DNA of 64,000 nucleotides from the NCBI GenBank assembly GCA_964384555.1, contig CAYLLA010000001.1, forward strand, positions 73,710 through 137,709, in the 5' to 3' direction. This stretch comes from an uncultured Ruminococcus sp. Its GTDB lineage: Bacteria; Bacillota; Clostridia; Oscillospirales; CAG-272. How positions within the stretch are numbered: the first letter of the stretch is position 1; each line of letters begins with the position of its first letter. Both the position numbers and the translations under genes were made by a program. This document shows, one piece after another, positions 59,764 to 64,000 of the stretch. Below the pieces are notes generated by a model that saw only the letters and a list, made by a program, of their open reading frames with translations, searched no databases and had not been told where the DNA came from.

Positions 59764-60189
59764 TTATTCCTCAGTATCTGCCTTATCCTTTGTAAATACG
59801 GCCTTTATCTTGGAGATTATCTCGGGCGAGCGTTCGATGACGTCAGCCACCTGCTCGATAGTGCCGCTTTGCTGATCCATACCAACGTTTATCATCTCAA
59901 CGCGACCGTCAGCGCCGACTACCAAAAAGCCCACGGGAGCAATGGAAAGTCCGGTTCCGCCGCCGCCTCCAAAGTTTTGTAGTTTTGCGCGCAGTGCCTC
60001 CTCGTTTTTGCCGTTAAAGTCCATGCCGCCCGAGGCAAATCCCATTGAGATCTTGGAGACGGGAATTATCACCGTGCCGGATGGCGTGCTTATAGGATCT
60101 CCTATAACGGTGTTGGCATCGATCATTGTGCGAATGTTCTCAAGCGACGATGCAATGATTTCCTGAAGCTTGTTTTCTGATGTGGCCAT
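59764..60189 (-). CDS. ytfJ: GerW/YtfJ sporulation protein
   Basis: IDANTVIGDPI, IIPVSKISMGFASGG, FGGGGGTG..IAPVGFLVV. Confidence 0.9.
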   Translation of the reverse strand: MATSENKLQEIIASSLENIRTMIDANTVIGDPISTPSGTVIIPVSKISMGFASGGMDFNGKNEEALRAKLQNFGGGGGTGLSIAPVGFLVVGADGRVEMINVGMDQQSGTIEQVADVIERSPEIISKIKAVFTKDKADTEE

Positions 60190-60280
60190 AGCGGACCCCT
60201 TCCTTAAAATAAATTAAATAAATAAATTAAATATATTTGGCTTTGCTTTTTTAGTTGTCAAAACAAAAATGATCCTGCGG

Positions 60281-60958
60281 TTATTTTTTTGCCTCGTGTT
60301 TTACAAATGTCACGGCGGTGCGTATTAAAATATCAAACACCTGCCACACACGCAGTGAAAAGCCTATCTCTATGTCGGCCGTCGTGGCTTCCGAAAGATA
60401 GTCTGCATGCACGTCAACATCCGCGCGCCGCGCACCCGTCAGCGTACCAACACTGTCAAGCAGGGCGGCAATATACGCCACCGATTGCGATATCGTGCCG
60501 TAAAGAAGGGCGGTCTTGGCGGCATCCCCGGTAGCCACGTTTATATACAAACGCGCTATCCGCACACGCAGGTGGCGTGCAAAGCGCCCGACTGCTGTTC
60601 TTACAAGCGCGAGGATAAGTGATATAGTCTCGCCTATCGGCTTTTTCTTCAGCTTGCCGCGCCGCTTAAGCTCCTGCTCACGCCGTTTTGCCGCCTTTTC
60701 CGCCGCCTTTGCTTTCTTTTTTGCGGCGGCCTTTTCTGCCTTTTTCTGCTCGCGCGCGCGGCGGGCGGCTATCTTTTTTGGTGTAAAGTCGCGTATCCTT
60801 ACCCGCTTTTTTCGGGCAGGGAGAATATTTATCTTTATGCCGCAGATCTTTACGGCAAGCGCAAAGTCATCAGCATATTTAATTATCACCTCGGCGCGTA
60901 TCATTGCCAAAAGAAAGAAAAACAGCAATATACCGCCGATAATATAAAGTGCCGTCAC
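60281..60958 (-). CDS. DUF2953 (YtfI-like) protein
   Basis: GTG start after AGGAGG; N-terminal TM; ATGDAAKTALLYG; precedes ytfJ. Confidence 0.8.
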   Translation of the reverse strand: MTALYIIGGILLFFFLLAMIRAEVIIKYADDFALAVKICGIKINILPARKKRVRIRDFTPKKIAARRAREQKKAEKAAAKKKAKAAEKAAKRREQELKRRGKLKKKPIGETISLILALVRTAVGRFARHLRVRIARLYINVATGDAAKTALLYGTISQSVAYIAALLDSVGTLTGARRADVDVHADYLSEATTADIEIGFSLRVWQVFDILIRTAVTFVKHEAKK

Positions 60959-61034
60959 CCGCAACCCTCCTGCCAGTGATTGACTGTCGCCATCAAAAGC
61001 ATACTGCCTGCTTGTTTTGTCTGTTCTGCTTGCC

Positions 61035-61691
61035 TTATTGCGCCGTGCCTGATGATTCGATATCCTTGTCGGGAATACCGGCATCGTCGCCGTCGCCCAT
61101 GTCATCCTCGTCATCATCGCTCTTGCTTGCAAGAGCATCAACAGCGGCAAGGACGGAGGCCGCCTGCGGCAACTCGCTTATAGAGGATAACCCAAACACG
61201 CGCAAAAATTTATCCGTTGTGCCGTAAAGCATAGGTCTGCCGGGCGCATCGAGTCGCCCCACAGGCTCTATCAGCTCTTTGTCAAGCAAAGAACCCACGG
61301 CGTATGCCGAATCTACACCGCGCACCGTGTCGATAAATGCGCGTGTTACCGGCTGATTGTAGGCCGCAATGGCCAATACCTCAAGCGATGATGCCGAGAG
61401 ATTTCCGCCGCGCTTGATTCCAAGCGCCTCACGGATATACGGCATATAGCGCTCGTTAGTGCAAAGCTGGCAGGAGTCATCAAAGCATAAAAGCAACACT
61501 CCGCCATGCTCGTCCGAGTTTACGCGATCCGAAAGGTGAGTCACCAGCTGTTTGGTATCCTTGGTGGTCAGCCCCAATACATCGCCTAATTTTGAATATT
61601 CCATCGGGTGTCCCGCGGCAAAGAGAATAGCCTCAATAGCACCCTCAAGTTGTTTTATATCTGTAAGCTGTTCGTTTTCCAAAGCTCGCAC
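61035..61691 (-). CDS. scpB: SMC-Scp complex subunit ScpB
   Basis: IEAILFAAG, LS..SLEVLAIAAYNQPVTR, PGRP.LYGTT..FL..FGL. Confidence 0.95.
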   Translation of the reverse strand: MRALENEQLTDIKQLEGAIEAILFAAGHPMEYSKLGDVLGLTTKDTKQLVTHLSDRVNSDEHGGVLLLCFDDSCQLCTNERYMPYIREALGIKRGGNLSASSLEVLAIAAYNQPVTRAFIDTVRGVDSAYAVGSLLDKELIEPVGRLDAPGRPMLYGTTDKFLRVFGLSSISELPQAASVLAAVDALASKSDDDEDDMGDGDDAGIPDKDIESSGTAQ

Positions 61692-61695
61692 CTCT

Positions 61696-62490
61696 TTATT
61701 CGTTCATCTCCGAGACTGCCGCGGCAATGCTATCGTCATCCGCGCCGTCGTCCGACGTGCCAACACCTATTGCAAAGCGCGTGCCAACACCGTGAAGCGT
61801 TTCAAGCTCGTCCGCGCCCTCGATTATCACGAGCCGCCCGAGCTTTATAAGTTCCAAAACGCCAATAAATATTGCCACAAGATCCGGGCGGGATACCGCA
61901 TCATCAAGCAAAGTGCCAAGGTCGCAGGTCGAATCCTGCTCGCGAAAATGCTCCATGATGCCGATTATCTTAAGCTCTACCGGAATTATCGGCTTGGCAA
62001 TAGGCCTTACAAGCTCGCCGCGTGCCTCTTTGTGCGTGCTGGCGTAGGAAAGCACACGCCTCATGGCATCATACAGCCGCTCGGGGTCTTGATCGGCCAC
62101 AAATGTCCTGTCAACGGATATCTCGTCCGTGTCCTTTTCCATTCGCCCGTGGAATTTCGCGTATCTCTCTCCAAGCTTTACCGCCGCCTGCTTTGCGGCC
62201 TCCAGACGTGCTATCGCCTCGGCAAGCCGCGCGCGCGGGTCTTCCTCTTCGGGTACTTCGCGCGGCAAAAGCATTTTGCTTTTTATCAGCATCAGCTCGC
62301 TTGCCATGCTTAAAAACTCAACGGCCAGCTCAATATCAAGCCTTTGCGCCATCGAGATGTACTCTAAATACTGGTCGCAGATAAGAGAGATGGGGATATC
62401 CTCTATGCGGAACTTATTCTTTTTTATAAGATTCAATAAAAGGTCAAGCGGCCCCTCAAATTTTTCAAGCTTGTAGGTTATACCGTCCAC
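61696..62490 (-). CDS. scpA: Segregation/condensation protein ScpA
   Basis: FEGPLDLLLNLI, QYL, IKSKMLLP, EDPR, FIGVLEL. Confidence 0.95.
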   Translation of the reverse strand: MDGITYKLEKFEGPLDLLLNLIKKNKFRIEDIPISLICDQYLEYISMAQRLDIELAVEFLSMASELMLIKSKMLLPREVPEEEDPRARLAEAIARLEAAKQAAVKLGERYAKFHGRMEKDTDEISVDRTFVADQDPERLYDAMRRVLSYASTHKEARGELVRPIAKPIIPVELKIIGIMEHFREQDSTCDLGTLLDDAVSRPDLVAIFIGVLELIKLGRLVIIEGADELETLHGVGTRFAIGVGTSDDGADDDSIAAAVSEMNE

Positions 62491-62535
62491 TGTCGATCTC
62501 TCCGTGTGAAATAAATCAAAGGCCGGCGCCGTCCG

Positions 62536-63243
62536 TTACATAAACAAACCAAACAGCGAGCCCCACAGCCAATACATTCCGCCAAGTATGAGGTCTGTAA
62601 GCCAAGAGAGCGGTGTGGTGAGCACGCCGAGCCAAAGCAGAACAAATATTGCTATCGTTATATATCTTTCGTATTTCATAACTCCAAAATACCATTTGGA
62701 GGGAAGAAAAACGTAAAACAGCCTTGAGCCGTCAAGTGGCGGCACCGGGAGTAGATTGAAAACAGCCAGCGAAATATTGAGCTGTGCTCCCATCTGCAAA
62801 AATATCAGCCACGTTGTAACGATATACCATACCTGCGACGGTGCGCCGACAGGCAGAAATCTTGCGGCGAGAAAATATGAGAGCTGGTAGAGCGCAACGA
62901 AGACAAAGCCGAGGCAGATATTGGAGATAGGTCCCGCGGCGGCGGTGAGCGCCATATCGCGGCGGGGCTTTTTAAAGTATCTGGTGTTTACCGGGACGGG
63001 AGTTGCCCAGCCGAAGCCGAAGAGGAGCATACAGAGAAATCCCGGCAGGTTTAGGTGTTTAAACGGATCAAGCGTCAGCCGCCCGAGGTTTTTTGCTGTG
63101 GGGTCACCAAGCTTTGAGGCCATCCAACCGTGTGCCGCCTCATGAAGTGAGAGCGAGAGCAAAATTATCGGCAGGGTGAGCAAAAGGCTCAGCAGATATG
63201 AGCTGATGTCATTCGTTCCGTTGGTTATCAAATATCTGAACAT
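62536..63243 (-). CDS. Site-2 (M50) protease
   Basis: HEAAH, GDPTA..GRLTL, AAGP.SN, FNLLPVPPLDG. Confidence 0.93.
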   Translation of the reverse strand: MFRYLITNGTNDISSYLLSLLLTLPIILLSLSLHEAAHGWMASKLGDPTAKNLGRLTLDPFKHLNLPGFLCMLLFGFGWATPVPVNTRYFKKPRRDMALTAAAGPISNICLGFVFVALYQLSYFLAARFLPVGAPSQVWYIVTTWLIFLQMGAQLNISLAVFNLLPVPPLDGSRLFYVFLPSKWYFGVMKYERYITIAIFVLLWLGVLTTPLSWLTDLILGGMYWLWGSLFGLFM

Positions 63244-63294
63244 TCAGTCTTTATCTCCGTTTGTTATCTAAATAATATCTTGGACCGTTGTTTT

Positions 63295-63900
63295 TTATTG
63301 TTGCGCCGCGGCGAGTATCACCCGCCAAGTCTCGTCACGTCCCTCGCCGGTGTGTGAGGAGAAGGGAATTATCGTTGTCCCCTCCGGGACGGCGGGGCAG
63401 GAGCGGATCTTCTCCATTGCCTCCGCACGTGCCTTTTTGGAGGAAAGCTTATCGGCCTTGGTCGCCGCTATCGCGAACGGAACGCCGGCCGCGTTCAGCC
63501 ACTCCATCATCATTACATCATCGGATGTAGGTCCTACCCGCATATCCACAAGCTGCAACACCAGCATTATGCGGTCGCGGGAGGGATTTTGGGTGAAATA
63601 TCCGTCCGTCAGCTCCGACCAACGCGCTTTGTCATCATACGCGCGCTTGGCATAGCCGTAGCCGGGCAGGTCCACCAAAAACAGTGCGCCGTCAACATCG
63701 TAAAAATTCACGGTTATCGTTTTGCCGGGGGATGAACTCACCCTCGCCAGTGCGCGCCTGCCGAGCAGGGTGTTTATAAGCGAGCTTTTGCCAACATTCG
63801 AACGTCCCGCAAGTGCTATCTGCGGGGTGGCCGAACGCGGGAACTGTCGCACCTGTCCGGCGGTTATCTTAAGGTCGGCTCGGTTAAGATTGAGCGGCAT
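63295..63900 (-). CDS. engB: Ribosome biogenesis GTPase YihA/YsxC
   Basis: GRSNVGKSS, PGKT, DLPGYG, TKADK. Confidence 0.95.
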   Translation of the reverse strand: MPLNLNRADLKITAGQVRQFPRSATPQIALAGRSNVGKSSLINTLLGRRALARVSSSPGKTITVNFYDVDGALFLVDLPGYGYAKRAYDDKARWSELTDGYFTQNPSRDRIMLVLQLVDMRVGPTSDDVMMMEWLNAAGVPFAIAATKADKLSSKKARAEAMEKIRSCPAVPEGTTIIPFSSHTGEGRDETWRVILAAAQQ

Positions 63901-64000
63901 CTATGGTTGCTCCTTTGCAGGGATTTTCATTTGACGGCGGAATTGGCATCGCGGTTGCTTGCTTTGCGGTCGTCAGGTCGGCAGAATGCACTCCTATACC

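Noticed and set aside
63884-64000. 3' end of an upstream gene (possibly lon, by synteny with engB)
   Set aside because: An open minus-strand frame exists, but its 38 codons have no diagnostic motif

Overview
Core-chromosome segment of a GC-rich, spore-forming Clostridia-type bacterium (sigG, dacF, dacB, ytfJ, T-box, L19 leader). Most of it is housekeeping: tsaD-rex-dnaD/dnaC-like-nucleoside kinase, queH, tandem CNNM/HlyC paralogs, dxs, the nusB-M22-xseAB-ispA-tlyA-nadK-argR-recN cluster, argS, yebC, rplS, sigG, a Crp/Fnr regulator with a TauABC-like transporter, a sugar kinase/nucleotidyltransferase/galE/galM cluster, pgi, guaB-radC, serS, and engB-M50-scpAB-ytfIJ-dacB-rluB. No CRISPR array, integrase, transposase, rRNA or canonical tRNA was found. 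Two regions stand out. (1) 55629-57190 (-): a stand-alone slipin/band-7 (SPFH) gene preceded by about 375 nt of highly structured leader. The leader folds into three closed domains, two with tRNA-like arms (a T-loop GGTTCGATTCC and a 7-nt anticodon-like loop). No RtcB/Ro60 partner lies in the window. (2) 14875-21429 (+): an accessory module, AT-rich at its 5' end, encoding a Cys/His-rich secreted protein, tandemly duplicated lipoproteins (one with a homopolymer frameshift) and a two-permease MacB/FtsX-type ABC transporter. All RNA folds were worked out by hand and all product calls rest on motif recognition, not database searches.
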